A stretch of DNA of 63,262 nucleotides, filler included, from Reticulomyxa filosa (GCA_000512085.1; 8 parts of 8 records of this genome joined end to end with filler, not necessarily neighbours in it); one strand, 5' to 3'. Counted from the whole stretch's first letter, positions 13,775 through 26,809 are shown. Notes: generated from the letters alone by a model not told the origin. Made by a program: numbers and translations.

Positions 13775-16079
13775 GTTTGTAGTATTGTTATTGCTACTGT
13801 TGTTATTGTTATTGTTATTGTTTGCCACATTAAGAACATTCGCAGGGGGACGTGTTGATGTTGCAACTGTTCCTGAAACGACAGAATCCACAACAGCACT
13901 ATTTTCATGACCATTGTTGTTATAGCTTGCCGTTTTGCTAGTTGTTGTGTCGGCATTAGCATTCGTATTGGTGGTATTGGTATTGGTATTAGTATTGGCA
14001 GTCGCATTGGACGTAGTAGTGTTGTTGCCGCCAGTGCCATTCTTTTGATGCAATGAACGTTGAAACACTCCACTCTTTGCGTCGTACATTTCATATTTTA
14101 CTTTGTATGTATTTGACATTTGCATATGTGTATGTGCATGTGCTTAAAAAAAATATATAAAAATGTAGTATTTGGTTTGTACTAAACAAGCTCTTCGAAT
14201 AGCATCCAGTACTAATTTCAAGTATTGATTAGGCAGTCGCAGTTGTCTTACCATTTCTTGTGCGACGACTTCAGGTACTTCAGTATAAAAGTAGTCAAAG
14301 GTTACTGCAATTGGTTTTTTTTTGAGTTGATAGACTTGCATTTTCATTTTCACGCTCTTTTCTTCACGTTCGACTTTTTGCAATTCCACCTCCTCTTTCT
14401 TGTCTTCTTGACGAAGGGGCTCCTTTTAAAAAAAAAAAAAAAAAAAATTAAAAAGGTATGAACATAAAAACAAAACAATAAAATAAATAATCCCGTGCTA
14501 AACTTTTCCCTTTTTACGAAGTGGTCCTGGTGGAGGCACCATTAAATTGACTCCACTACTTCTTTTTGCACGATTTTTGGGTTTCTAATTTTCCAGACAT
14601 TGGGAAAAAAAAAGGGGTTGTTCTCTTTACAAGCAATGATTATGGAAAGAAACAAAAAAATAACTTCTTTTTTTCGAGGAGTGGGCATTGTGTCAGAATT
14701 TCGATGTTCAGATCTTTCCCTTTCTTCACTAATGGTATCCATTTCTGAGGCCTTGGTTGACACTGTTGTTATTTGTGTACGCATGGAAGTATATAAACAG
14801 AGAATATTAAAAAAAAAAAAGCTTACATTTGACAGTATTGGTGTCGCTGGTACGCGGCAACAAAAAAGGATGATCCAAAAGCTCTTTGGCCGATGGACGT
14901 AAGCGTGGGTCATGCTCTAAACAAATAGCAATGAAACCTCGCAAGGACAAATCTTGGATTTGATGTAATATGGCAGGCTTTTTTCCTTGTGTGACTTTTT
15001 GGTAAACCGCAGGGGCGCTTCGGCATTCTTCATACGGAATACGTCCCGTCATTAATTCCAAAATACACATACCAAAGCTCCAAATATCTACCGCTTGGTT
15101 ATATTTTTCTTTGTACATTTCCGGGGCCATCCAATGAGGCGTCCCGACCACAGACATGGTTGACTGCAATCGATTGCTGCCGCCCATGGTCGTGCTCAAT
15201 CCCAAATCGCCGATTACCACGTTGGCGCTGGTCCCTTCGATAAATATGTTGTCACATTTTAAGTCACGATGGATCACAGGGGGGTCAAACGAATGCAAAT
15301 AATCCAATGCCTCCAATATTTGTTTCGCAATTGTTTTTGCACGTTTTAAATTTACTTGTCGTTTGTGAAAATATCTTTTCATATTTGCATGTATTTGAGT
15401 TTTTTGTTGTTATTTTGTTTTAGCCTCTACCTCTTCCTTCCCCCCCCCCTTCTCCGAACAATTATCTAATATGCATATGTGTGCTTATCAATGTTTTTGT
15501 ATACATCATACAAGTGTGTGTTACAAATATAACTTTCGGACAGAGCCAGAATTCATCATGTCTGTGATGAAACAAAAGCGATCCGTTTTTTTATTGAACC
15601 ATTGACTGTGAATCTTTAATATTCTTGGATGATCTAATCTTCTTAACATTACACACTCTTTGAAAATTTTTTGTTTCTCTTCTTGTGATAGATTACTCAA
15701 GTCAATCTAGTGTTTCCCCACCAACCCCCATCTTGCTCATTTTTAGTTGTTTTTTTTTGGAAACGACGTTTCCATATTTGGTTTTGATTAGTCCGCCAAT
15801 AATGTACTCCTCTTTTTCCCTCTCTCTTTTTTTTTTATCTCCTTTACAAAACTTGATTCCACGCTACGTCGATGGTATTCACTGTGTCATAGGCTTGGAA
15901 CACGTCTTTGTAAGCTCCCTTTCCTAGTCGACGGTTGGACTATGCGATTAAATTTTATGAACCGTCTTTAACAAGAGTGCTTCGTATACAGATATACGTT
16001 TAACTCGTTGATAACGCCCGTTGATATCGTCAGGTCCCTCTCCTTCGCTTTCTTCAACAAACTCAGTATTATCATTCAT
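7485..16079 (-). CDS. WNK: WNK-family (With-No-Lysine) protein kinase, multi-exon, roughly 2500 aa with long low-complexity C-terminal region; one apparent frameshift in polyQ near 8341
   Basis: Spliced N-terminus LGKGAYKDVFQAYD..DVAWNQ (Lys in the Gly loop, VAWN in place of VAIK), HRDLKCDNIFI, IGDLGLST, GTPHWMAPE, DIWSFGMCILE, PYEEC. WNK autoinhibitory/CCT-like segment AVTFDYFYTEVPEVVAQEMV at ~14230-14330. Downstream exons join with phase-compatible GT-AG introns. Confidence 0.88.
8228..8412 (-). repeat. CAA/CAG trinucleotide tract (polyQ) inside the WNK gene
   Basis: (TTG/CTG)n run on the + strand. Confidence 0.9.
13714..13772 (-). repeat. (AAT)n microsatellite encoding poly-Asn in the WNK gene; a (GTATTG)n Asn-Thr repeat lies at ~13121-13190
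   Basis: Perfect TTA trinucleotide run visible directly. Confidence 0.95.
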
Positions 16080-16542
16080 ACTTTTCCTAAATCTTTTTAT
16101 CGAACTACGATAAAAATAATACTTGCAACAACAGCTCCCTGCAAACGAAACACATATTTTAAGAAAGAAGGATGTCCATCATTAAAAAAAAACGACGACT
16201 GTGTGACCATATAGGTCCAAGAGCTTATTTTTTTGTCATAGTAAGATTGCCCAATCAATTTTTAGCGATGTTTTATTTTATCAAAATTTTGCTATCAATA
16301 TTTTTCAACAAGCGTGTTATATGTGATTTTTGTGTAACAAGATAATGTTTGAATGTTGGAGTTTTTAGATCCAGTACACAGAAAAGACGAGAGCAAATAG
16401 AGTTATATTTTTCGAGAGAACGATCCATCAAAAATGAAGATAGACGTCACATCGAAAAAACTCAATTCGGGTAAACAAATTACAGAAACTACTTTCTTTT
16501 AAGTATGAAAAAAAACTTGTTAGCAATGATTTGTTGTGATAA

Positions 16543-16977
16543 TTAAAGTTGATCGTAGGGTGCTAAAGATTCGTTCAATCGGCGTTTCCATCGAAATGCT
16601 ACAAAGGTAAAATAAATACCCGTAAAAAACCAAAGGAATGCCGCCGTCCAGCAATAAACAACAAATGTTAATCCTCCGTCATCAAAAAGTGCTCCAACAA
16701 TGTAATTTAAAGTAATCAGAATGTGACCGACAGGCGTTGCTAATAAATACAATTTGCTCACCCGTTTCGCCCTTTCTTCATTAACTAAGGTCGAAAACCA
16801 TCCAATGATGCCCGCAGTTATTGCAGTAAAAAATGAAATTACTCCAGTGTCGAAGCCTTTGCCTTGCAGGATATTGACGAGTGCCCAAGTCCAAAAAATA
16901 GCACCAGCAATAATTTGAATAGTACTTTGATATCGTATGCGAGAAGAAAATACTTCGACAGGTGTATCTGTACCCAT
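16543..16977 (-). CDS. Small single-exon four-TM membrane protein, function unknown
   Basis: ORF starting MGTDTPVEVF with four hydrophobic helices and coding-like composition. Confidence 0.7.
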   Translation of the reverse strand: MGTDTPVEVFSSRIRYQSTIQIIAGAIFWTWALVNILQGKGFDTGVISFFTAITAGIIGWFSTLVNEERAKRVSKLYLLATPVGHILITLNYIVGALFDDGGLTFVVYCWTAAFLWFFTGIYFTFVAFRWKRRLNESLAPYDQL

Positions 16978-17186
16978 ATTTTGTGATGATTCAGTTAATT
17001 GCAACAACGTCCCTTTTAACAACCTTCAACGCTGTACATAAACTTGCATTCAGGTATAAGGAAACAAATTGTGAATAGCAAAAACATTTTACAAAATGAA
17101 AAGAAACAATATCTGCTTCCTACTAAAGAAACTCTTTACTACAAGGAAAATAATGACAAGTAAGACCGTTTCAAAAAATACTTTAT

Positions 17187-19264
17187 TTATTGAGTTTGTG
17201 CAGTCTGATTGTCCCAAGTAGAGACTAGTAATTGATGCAGTTGTTGAACAACACTACTGTATGCAGGATCACCAGCCAAATTTTCATTTTCAAAAGAGTT
17301 ATAATTGTTTTCATTAGAAACCGTACTGTTGTGATTATATAACTCGGTGCCATAATTGCACTTGTCCCAAATAGGATAACTCACATTGAAATCAAAATTG
17401 CACCATTCGGTGTATCTCCAGTCGGCAGTTCTCAGCCCAACCCCCATGATGGTGCCAAAAGAAGATGATGTTCGAACAAATTGGTTGTACGCACTTTAGG
17501 TGTTGTTGTTTCATCATCACTGCCGTCATTTTCAAAAGAATGGTTTTAAAATCGTTACAAGAAACAGAAGTGAACAGAGAAATAGAAAGAAAGAAATAGA
17601 AAGAGAGAAAAGGATAGTGTTTATAATTGGACGTAACACTTGATGAAAATTGGGCTCTGCGTAGGGATTATAAATCACTGATTTGAGTGATTTGCCTTCG
17701 AATTGGGCATTCAATTGTGGAGTGATATCAAATCCAGCCAACTCAACTAAGGTTGGGAAAATGTCAACCAATTCTACGATGGCATTCGCTTTTGCACCTT
17801 CATGTTTGTGATTGTCAGGAACTCTCACAATAAGTGGTACGCGTGTTCCCAATTCAAAATTGGTGTACTTTGACCAACACCCCTGTTCACCTAAGTAACA
17901 ACAATGACTTTTTTTTTTTTTTTTTTGATGGTGCATCATATATAATTACAAGTGCAAAAGTGTATGAAAAGGAGATACCTAAATGATAACCATGGTCGCC
18001 AACAAGAACCACAATGGTGTTGTCAAACAAATCAAACTCCCTCAAGGCACTCAGAATGACTCCAAATTGGGAGTCCATGAATGAAACAGAAGCGTAATAC
18101 CCTTGTCGCAAATGTTGATGATAAGAGGTGTTGACAAGAGTTAATTTCTGCTCATTCAAATAGACGTGTGGTATCACGTCTTGCATGGTTTCCATCTCGG
18201 TGTTATTGTTGAAAGCAGGAATGGGCATATTTTTCGGGGGATTGGGATATTTTGCTATGGCAATGGTTTCCAATGGGTACATGTCATAATAATGCGTTGG
18301 CGCGAACCATGTCATGTGCGGACGTTTCAAGCCGGCCGCAATAAAAAAAGGGTTGTTGTGTTATATTGCTTGTCACGGAGGCAAAGTATTTCCGTATCTT
18401 TTTGTAATTGTATGTGCGTGTGTTCATTATGGATATATAAATACAATATATTGCATTTAGACTCTCTTTTGCATCATTCATGTACGTTTATGTGGAGTAA
18501 CTTGCTGTGCTACTGCTCCGTCAGGAAAGCAAATGTCCGCACAGGTTGCAGGACAGGCGCTTACTCGATTGTCCACAGAATAACAATTAAATGAGATCAA
18601 GCAGTCAATACATGATTGATCCTGCACACAACCAGTGCCGTTAGGCCAATGTTGAGCGGCCAATGATTGAAATGTGCCATTGTAAAACTGTTTCACAATT
18701 CATTCAACACATGTTCTATTTTATTATTTTTATTAATGCTATTATTATCTCTTTTTTTTTTTAAATCCAAACTTGATCACAAAACCAATATGGTTCGGAC
18801 CATGAATACGGCATGTCTGCTCCTCCTTCTGATGCACTTACGCCTCCGCTTGAATAGCCCGGATGCCACACCTTCCCAGCTCCAACTGCATAGTACCCGT
18901 TGTCTTTGAAAAACTGAGGAAGAGTAATCACGTCATAGCCTGTGTTATTTGGCATTCGCTCACGAAAATATTGTTGCAGATCCCACACATGCGTGGTATC
19001 AGGCCTCAATCCAGTTAAGAATGACGTCCTTGAGGGGCTACATAAAGCGTATTGACAATATGCGTGAGTAAATGACACTGACTCGGCCACAAAAGAATCT
19101 ATATTTGGAGTTGAAATTATGTCGCTTTGGCCATAGGCTCCACCTAACTCTGGTCTTAAGTCGTCACTAACAACGAACAAAATATTATAATGATTGTTGT
19201 TTTGAGCCGAGCAAAATACATCTAGAAAACTTAAAACAAAAGTCCAGATCACTGTTGCATACAT
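17187..19264 (-). CDS. Secreted or lysosomal sulfatase, iduronate-2-sulfatase-like (multi-exon; probable 1-nt homopolymer indel at ~18343-18352)
   Basis: Signal peptide; NILFVVSDDLRP; formylglycine motif CSPSRTSFLTG; GKVWH; RPH; GDHGYHLGE; WSKYTNFELGTRVPLIVR; IMGVGLRTADWRYTEW. Confidence 0.92.
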
Positions 19265-19439
19265 TTGATTAGCTTTTTTTTGAGAGCTTATTTAAAAAAC
19301 CTACAATAAGTTCCAAAAGAAGCTTTTTTAGATGATGTTGGGAGTGCGAAAGTAGATCGACAATAGGGCTTTGTTACTTACAAGTCAAATGTAGCGAGCA
19401 AAACTTATAAGATAATTTTTTTATTATTATTAAAGTAGG

Positions 19440-21487
19440 TTAGCCAATAACATCTACAATCTCCCATTCTCCCACTTTGCCATCCTTCACCTTGCTCTCA
19501 GCTTGTGAAAGCTTTGTTTTTTCTGACTCGGTAACGTCCTCAAAAAAGTCTTTTAGGGCTGTAGCTGCTTTGTTGACATCTTTTTCACAGGCATTCAAGG
19601 TATTTACTAGCCAATCTTCGGCCTCGAAGAGTTGTTTATCGCAAATACCCTCCTTATCCAAAATCGAGATCAACTGTGCAATCAACTCATCCACTTTTTC
19701 GTCTTCTTGTTGGTATTGTTTGTCATTTTCCTTCATTGGGGCCTGATTTTTTGCCAATTTTTTAAACTGACGGCGGTTCGACTTTGGTTTGGATGCACGT
19801 GAATGCTGTACAAGATTATCTGTGTTATTGCTATCAACTTGAAAGTCATTTTGGAGTTGGCGAATATCAGAGCCAGTGCAAAGTGAAACTGTTGCCAGGT
19901 TTCTGATCCACGTAGAGTCTATTTCGAGACAAAGCAATGTATTTATTGGATGATATTCTCGTCCTTTTCGAATAAGATCATGTCGCAAGGAAATGAAAAA
20001 CAAAACTGTGAAAAGTGGAAAAATATAACCTCTTTCCAGTCACGGCATCGCATTGCGGTTTAATGCTGACACGCACCACACATAAATCAGGAATAATAAA
20101 TCCAAATTGGTTTGATTCATCTAACCGAATGACTTCCACAAAATCCAATTTCAAAACTGAATGCAACATACACTTTGCATCACCCTTTAATATAAATGTT
20201 GTGAATGAGTACTTTCGATAATTGGCTTACATATACACATAAATAAATTATTTATTAATTAACATTAAGCGCTTTCCATCCCTTCAGGCGATTGGAAATG
20301 CCAGTAGAGATCAAATCTTGTTTATGCTTTGTCATTTCTTTTTGGCCGTGCACAGTACCATCATCTGCAATTCCAAAGAGTAAGGTGCCCCCATTGGTGT
20401 TGATAAAGGCATTCAAATACTTGTCACATATTTCCATAATGCATTCCAAATCTGTTGCTCCCTGAGAAAGTGAAAATGGTTGATAGTTCTTGAATTCATA
20501 AATTGCATTTTCTTCAACATTGATTTTGGTTTTTTCAATCAATTTGTCTGCATCGAATTTGGACTGGCCGCGCTCATCCAAAAAGTTGGACTTGATCTCT
20601 TCGAATGTTTTCATTTCACATACTTGCACATTCTCTACTTTATTTTCGTTCTCGTCTTCATAATTTTGTGTGTATGTGCATATGTTCGTACATTATGTAT
20701 CAGTGGCACAAAAGAGATGAAAAAAACAATAGCAAAAGCAAAACTTGGAGTAAACAGGACTGTTGTCCCTGAAAAGTTGATAAGGAGATCATCAGGAGTG
20801 AGTCTATACATATTATTATTTTCTGCGCAATATATCCATCCATGTTTGTTTGAGTTGGAGACTGGCGGTATCATTATCTTTCCAACTTTCAACGGTGTCT
20901 ATTAAATGTAAGTTTTTCCATTTTTTTTTTTTTTTGGTTATGCACAATACTGAATATATAGCACATATCCGACACAAAACAAACCCCAGACAATCTGCTC
21001 ATGTCAATGACCTCAACATCATATGCCAGCCACATTTCTTGCTCCGTTAAGGGTCCAACTCCAATTTTGAATTGTACCCACTGATCGTTACGTAGCTTTT
21101 CTGGGTGTTTTTGTTGATCCTTGCTAATATGGCCAATATGAAAAAAAAAAGTTTCCTGTTTTCGGCGAATAATGCCCCCAGAAATTCCTGCTGGAAAGCG
21201 AGCATCATCTCTTTTTGATATATGTTCGATTTTACCGATATAATTTATCGACAGCCATTTTGGATGCCATTTTGGTTGGGGCAAATGATAGTACCAAATA
21301 TCATCTTGTGCGTCTGATGAGTTCAGTTGAGATTGTAACTTAGATTGATATTCAGAAGACTGGGATTGCGATTGTAATTGTAATTGTGATTGTGATTGAG
21401 ACTGAGACTGTAATTGCGATTGTGCTCTTGAATATACATTTTTGGATTGCCATAAGCTCCTTTGTCGAGGCTGTGCCTGTGACTGTG
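19440..21487 (-). CDS. Q/S-rich + two cold-shock-like OB folds + Schlafen/AlbA_2 domain + UBA/CUE-like C-terminus (5' end lost in gap)
   Basis: OB1 IGKIEH..GGIIRRKQETFFFH..QWVQFKI..AYDVEV. OB2 VGKI..HGWIYCAENNNMYRLTPDDL..TVLFTP. AlbA_2 EENAIYEFK..CDKYLNAFINTNGGTLLFGIADDGTVHG..LCVVRVSIKP..TWIRNLATV. Four phase-compatible GT-AG introns. Confidence 0.8.
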
Positions 21488-21587
21488 NNNNNNNNNNNNN
21501 NNNNNNNNNNNNNNNNNNNNNNNNNNNNNNNTTAATTAATTAANNNNNNNNNNNNNNNNNNNNNNNNNNNNNNNNNNNNNNNNNNNN
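21488..21587. other. Artificial assembly spacer (Ns + TTAATTAATTAA); identical spacers at 28192-28291, 36680-36779, 39128-39227, 40618-40717, 43348-43447, 61720-61819
   Basis: Seven identical 100-nt blocks with a central six-frame stop linker. Confidence 0.99.
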
Positions 21588-22509
21588 GTCGATTAAGGAA
21601 AACAAAGTGAAAAACGAAAGAGAAAAAGAAGGAGGAGAAGGAGAAGGAGAAAAAGAAAAAGAACGTCGCTTGCCTTGTACCATCAACACGTTTGGATTTG
21701 GAAAGGGACATAACGACAACTTGTTGCGGGCGATCGCGGAACATGGACGAGGGGTGTATGCGTTTATCGAAGACACGAAGATGATTCGCGAGACGTTTGC
21801 AGAGTGCTTAGGAGGATTGGTAAGTGTGGTTGCACAGGACCTTCGACTGCGCGTGGAAACATTGGGAGCAGTGAAAGTGGACAAATGTCTGTCGACAAAT
21901 TTGAGCGTGGTGGAAGTGCAGCCCAAGCGATGCTTGGAAATCAAATTTTCCGACATTCAAAGCGAGGAGAATCGCGACACGGTGTTTCAGCTGAGTGTGC
22001 CAAAGGTCGATGCTCCCCAATTGGATTGGCCTTTGGCAAAGGTTACGTGCTCGTATTCCAACTCGATTTTGGGAGGAAAGCAAGAACAAATAACTGTCAT
22101 TGCCAGTGTCGCTCGAGTCGAGTCCAAAGACATTGGCGAGAAAAACTACAACTTGGATTTGCAGAATAATAGAATTGTGACCATTGAGGCCATGGGCGAA
22201 GCCGAACGGCTTGCGAGTGTTGGCAGACTTGGCGAAGCTAGGGCCTGCTTAAGTGCTGCTCAAATACGTATCATGAGCTCGTCCAGCGTTAATCACTCGT
22301 TTTCCACTGGGCTGATCAAAGATATTCGGGTCTGTGAAGAGGGCTTGCATGATGAACAGCGCTTTCATAGCTTTGGCAGAAAAGCACTTGTCATGAACAC
22401 TCACGCACATACCAACCAGAGATCTATCCTCTCCAATCGATGGTCTTCTCAGTCTCATTATGTCACTTTTGCCAGGAGCTCAATGACTGAGAACTTTAAT
22501 TCCAAATAA
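21588..22509 (+). CDS. 3' part of a von Willebrand factor A domain protein (RING-vWA/Vwaint type)
   Basis: TINTFGFGKGHNDNLLRAIAEHGRGVYAFIED..FAECLGGLVSVVAQDLRL, then a helical C-terminus ending ..HAHTNQRS; 5' end in gap. Confidence 0.85.
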
Positions 22510-22991
22510 GTTTTTTTTTGCACCCAACAACTTTAAAGTCATTCAAAAAAAAAAATTGGAAACGTAAAGTGTTAGGTTTTGAAGAAGTCTCTCAAGCCTG
22601 CAACACAACACAAACTAAAGGAGAGAAGGGGCTACAACAAACACTTTCAAGTAAGGTTGTGAGATGTATCGGAAATCTAAATTGTAAGTGTAATACGATT
22701 GTGGTCTTCCCCCCTTTTTTTTTCCATAAATTTAAAAAAAAATTTTAAAACATGAACAAACAATTAAAACAATTCAATGAATTATAATAAGTTACAAAAA
22801 ATATTCATCCGCTTTAGGATAATGCATATGTTGCAAAGATTTTTTTAGATCGAATGTGATAACGCATACAAAAATTGGACCAATATACAAGCAAAACGTT
22901 TAAGAAGTGCGAAAAATATGTGAAATATATTTCGTTGAGGAAAAAAAAAAACAAATAGCCAAAAAAAGTTTTTATTGTTGGAAAAATGATA

Positions 22992-24384
22992 CTACCCCCA
23001 AATACGAATAGGACCCCTAAATGTACCGTAGCACAGGTTAATAGCATAACCACGATCACCACTGTTTTTGCTTTTTCTTTTTAATGGTAAAAATTCGAGA
23101 CAATATATTCCATCAACTTCTCCAGAATCTCTTTCATCACTTCCTTTGATGACATATAATCCCTTATTCGAACGTATGTCCCAAAAACAAACTGTATTAT
23201 CCAATGATCCAGAACATATTACATTTGAATTACCGCCAACTTTGTCATCGTTTACCTCAAATGGTGAATATTCAACAGCCATAGCCCAACTTGTATGTCC
23301 TGTGAACAATTGAATTTGTTGACCAGATCGAATGTCCCACAACCGAACACTTTTGTCCATTGATCCAGATAATATTGTATTTGCAACACCATTAATTCCT
23401 AATTTATTTGATCCATATTTTACACTCATCACTGAATCGGTATGTCCTTTGAGTGAAAGTAATTTTTTGGCTGTTTCAATATCCCATATACGAATACTTT
23501 TATCAAATGATCCAGAACAAATTGTATACCCATTGCCACCAATTACACCAATACCATTACTTTTTTCATTACAATTGTTATTGCTTTGCAATGGTGAAAA
23601 ATCCACACAAAAGATATAATCTTCATGTCCATTGAAAACATGCAATGAATTAGATGTCTCAATATCCCAAAGACGAATGGTTCTGTCATATGATGCAGAA
23701 CACAAATATTGACCACAATTAAATGGTGAGAATTCAATTCCACTAATTCCCCAAATATGTTTATTGAATCTTTCCAATTGTCGATTATGTTTGATATCCC
23801 AAAAACGAATTGTTTTGTCATTTGATGAAGAACAAATGACATGACGATGGTGTTTATGGTAATGATATGGTGAAAACTTCACACAATACACATAACTTGA
23901 ATGTCCATCGAATAATTGAATTTGCTCAGTGGTATCCATATCCCATACACGAACTGTTTTATCATGTGATCCAGAACAAAGGAATTGCCCACCATCGAAT
24001 GCTGGATAAGCAATACTATTCACACGATGAGCGTGTCCAATAAATGTTTTGAGTAATTTAGCTGACAAACGAAACGTGTCAAGCATGAAGACGTCAGTTG
24101 CCTATGTTCAATAAACAAAACCTGAACATATGCTTGTCATCGAATAAAACACAAAACATAACATAGTCGACAACAAGATTGTCAAACTCATTGATCCATC
24201 CTAATTTAATTTTTGATATTCGAGTCCAGTGTTGGACAATTAGTTGTATTTCTTTTTCTAACTGGTTCAATTACAAACCGTACAGTTAGATTTAAAGCAA
24301 ACACAATTCTGACAGGATTGAAACAAAGTTTACCAATGAAAGTTGAGTTGAGGTCGCTTTTTTGGTAAAAGAAGTAGTTGTCAT
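22992..24384 (-). CDS. WD40-repeat protein (3 exons; exon 2 = 24163-24261)
   Basis: About 7 GH...D.T+R+WD repeats; ends RIWG-stop; phase-0 introns. Confidence 0.93.
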
Positions 24385-25229
24385 TCTTTCAATTTTTTTT
24401 TAGATGACGCAACAAAAAAATTTTGAACTTAAGGAGGAAAAACTTTGTAGTACTTGAATTTTTTTTTTTTTAGAAACTGTTCCAATTTGTTTAAAAATAA
24501 GTATTGTTGATATGTTATTTGTTGGTTTGTACTTGAATACTCTATTTTCATTTAAACAACTCTTTGATTTCTTTAGAAAAGATTTTCTCATTGTTAATTA
24601 TACATTTTTGATAACACAAAAAAATGATTTTGTGGAAGATAGTAGAATAACAACATATTCTTCCATCTCGCGCAAAAATAAAAAGAATTTTTTATCGGGC
24701 AGAAGAGTCAAGTGTTGTTGTTCTTTGTTTATTGTGAAGCTGCAAAAAAAGAAAACAAAGTTACAAAAAAAACTAAAACACTCCTTTCAATTTTGACTTT
24801 TCTTTTGTCCTTAATTTCTGATCAAGATTAGAAACTAATTCTTTATTCCTTTAATCATGACATTTTCATTCAAAAAACAATCAGGTCAGAATAATTATGA
24901 CGTATTTTTTTTTTTCTACTTTAATAACAAAGGAAAAATGCATTAAAAAAGATTGTATCAGCGGTCATCAAATTACGGACAGACGAAAATTTAGCCTAAG
25001 CTCAGAACAATTGCTCCAGCCGATCTATGAAGGTATCAGCTCAAACAAAAGAAGGATGAAGGGGCATACTTATCCACTCATTTACGTACCTTTTTTTAAC
25101 TTAAAAAAAAAACTACTTCAAATGAAAACAAGTGTAATATATACGTGTTGACATAGCTGTGCGAAAAAAAACTATAATGAGGCGACATGATATAAACTAT
25201 GTTGCGTCCAACGAGGGTATTAAACTTGT

Positions 25230-25830
25230 GCAATTTTATGTGATAATTCAACCAAATTTGCAAACAGCAGTGGCATCAATGAAGAAAGCAGAGAAATTTA
25301 ATTTGATTGTATCTGAGGATATAAAGATTCCTTTGAAAGATAATCGAAGACACATCATAGGTTCCATAATATTCAATTGTTCCAAGTATGATGTATATAT
25401 GTGGAGATGCAAGCAACATTAAAGAGCTTTACAACATTGGAAGGATACACAGTAATTGAAAATCCAAAATTAAGTCATCTTTTTTATGAACATATCAGAG
25501 CATGGACACCAAAGAATTTGGAAGAAGGAGATTTGAAACAAGCAAGTGATGAAGCTTTGGCAAAAATTGAGATATTATTTGTGAGTGGATTGATTATAAA
25601 GGAATACAAAAATTAGAAAAATCTTGATAAATTACATTTAGACATGGAAATATTGAAACAATCACAATTGTCCAAAGATGTGTCATTGAAAATAGTACAA
25701 TTTGTATATGAACAATTATGTAAATTCAGTCCAGAGAAAATAAAAGGAAAAACTATTTTTGTGATTTTGTATGAATATTATAAACGATATATCATTGGAG
25801 ATAAAAATCCGGCAAGTTGGTCCCTTTTTT
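25230..25830 (+). pseudogene. Decayed paralog of the downstream RelA/SpoT-like gene
   Basis: LQTAVASMKKAEKFNLIVSED and EMQATLKSFTTLEGYTVIENPKLSHLFYEHIRAW closely match 27820-28170; several frameshifts and stops. Confidence 0.9.
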
Positions 25831-26809
25831 TGGGCAAAGAAATTATTATCTTTTTGCAATATTCAAAGAGTAAAGTGGTTTTTATGTTTAGTATATTATA
25901 ATTTAAGTGAAAAATTTTCAAATTTGATTTTTTTTGTCATTACACGCCAATTTTTTCTTGTAATTTAATAATTACTTATTTTTTACATAATCTATCTTTG
26001 CTCAAGTGCAACTGGTAATAAAAAAACGAAATATAAAGAAAGAGCGAAAACAAGAACAGTAAGGAAATTAATAACGAAAACAATAATTGCAAAAGCAATT
26101 AATGAAACGTCAGTAATTTCACTAGCGATAAAATTGCTACACAAAGCTACAATTCAGATAAACGGCCTTAATCATCACATATGTCCTGTTGTTTAAGAAA
26201 AATATGTAATAAGTCGAGAGCAATAAGATAATGCAGCCTCAAAACTGTTTATATAATCAAATTTTATTCAGTTTCTGTGCCCTTACACCAGAGCATCAGC
26301 TAAATCCTTGTGACAGGCAGTGGGTACTGCGTTTTTGAACTTCTAAAAAGTTGTGACAAAGCTTTCGTCTACATTTTTATACTTTAATAAGCGTTTTATT
26401 GAACAATTTTTTTTGAGACACCAAATATAAAAGGAAATTTTAATAAAATAGGCAGCAAAAAAATTTAAGGTCTTAAGATCTAAAAACTAGATTTTTTTTC
26501 TTGCGATCTTCCTCATCTTTTTTTATTCAAAAACTCTACATTTTTGTTTTAGAAAGATGAGTATTTATGACAAGAAAAGTGAGATAAAACGATTTGAAGT
26601 TGAGTTTATTTGTGTCTTGGAAAATAGGGGGAGAAAAAAAGAAATACTTTGTTCTTTGATCAAAAATAGATAACAATTGGCATATTTCCTGACATGTTGC
26701 GCGCAATTCAAAATCACAGTTGATATAACTGATAATGATATATCCACTTATTTAAACAATGAGATATGTGTGACTTTGTTTAATAGATAAAGAAAAGTGT
26801 AAAGGAGGA

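Noticed and set aside
7951-13910. Long + strand ORFs with poly-C, poly-L, poly-V or poly-I
   Set aside because: Antisense shadows of poly-Q, poly-N and poly-T codons in the WNK gene
121-16079. PP1, PDE and WNK side by side as a signalling cluster
   Set aside because: All are large, common families in eukaryotes; there is no evidence of co-regulation beyond a divergent PP1/PDE arrangement
18343-18352. Frameshift in the sulfatase as programmed frameshifting
   Set aside because: It lies in a homopolymer run, typical of pyrosequencing-type error; the same caution applies to ~27900
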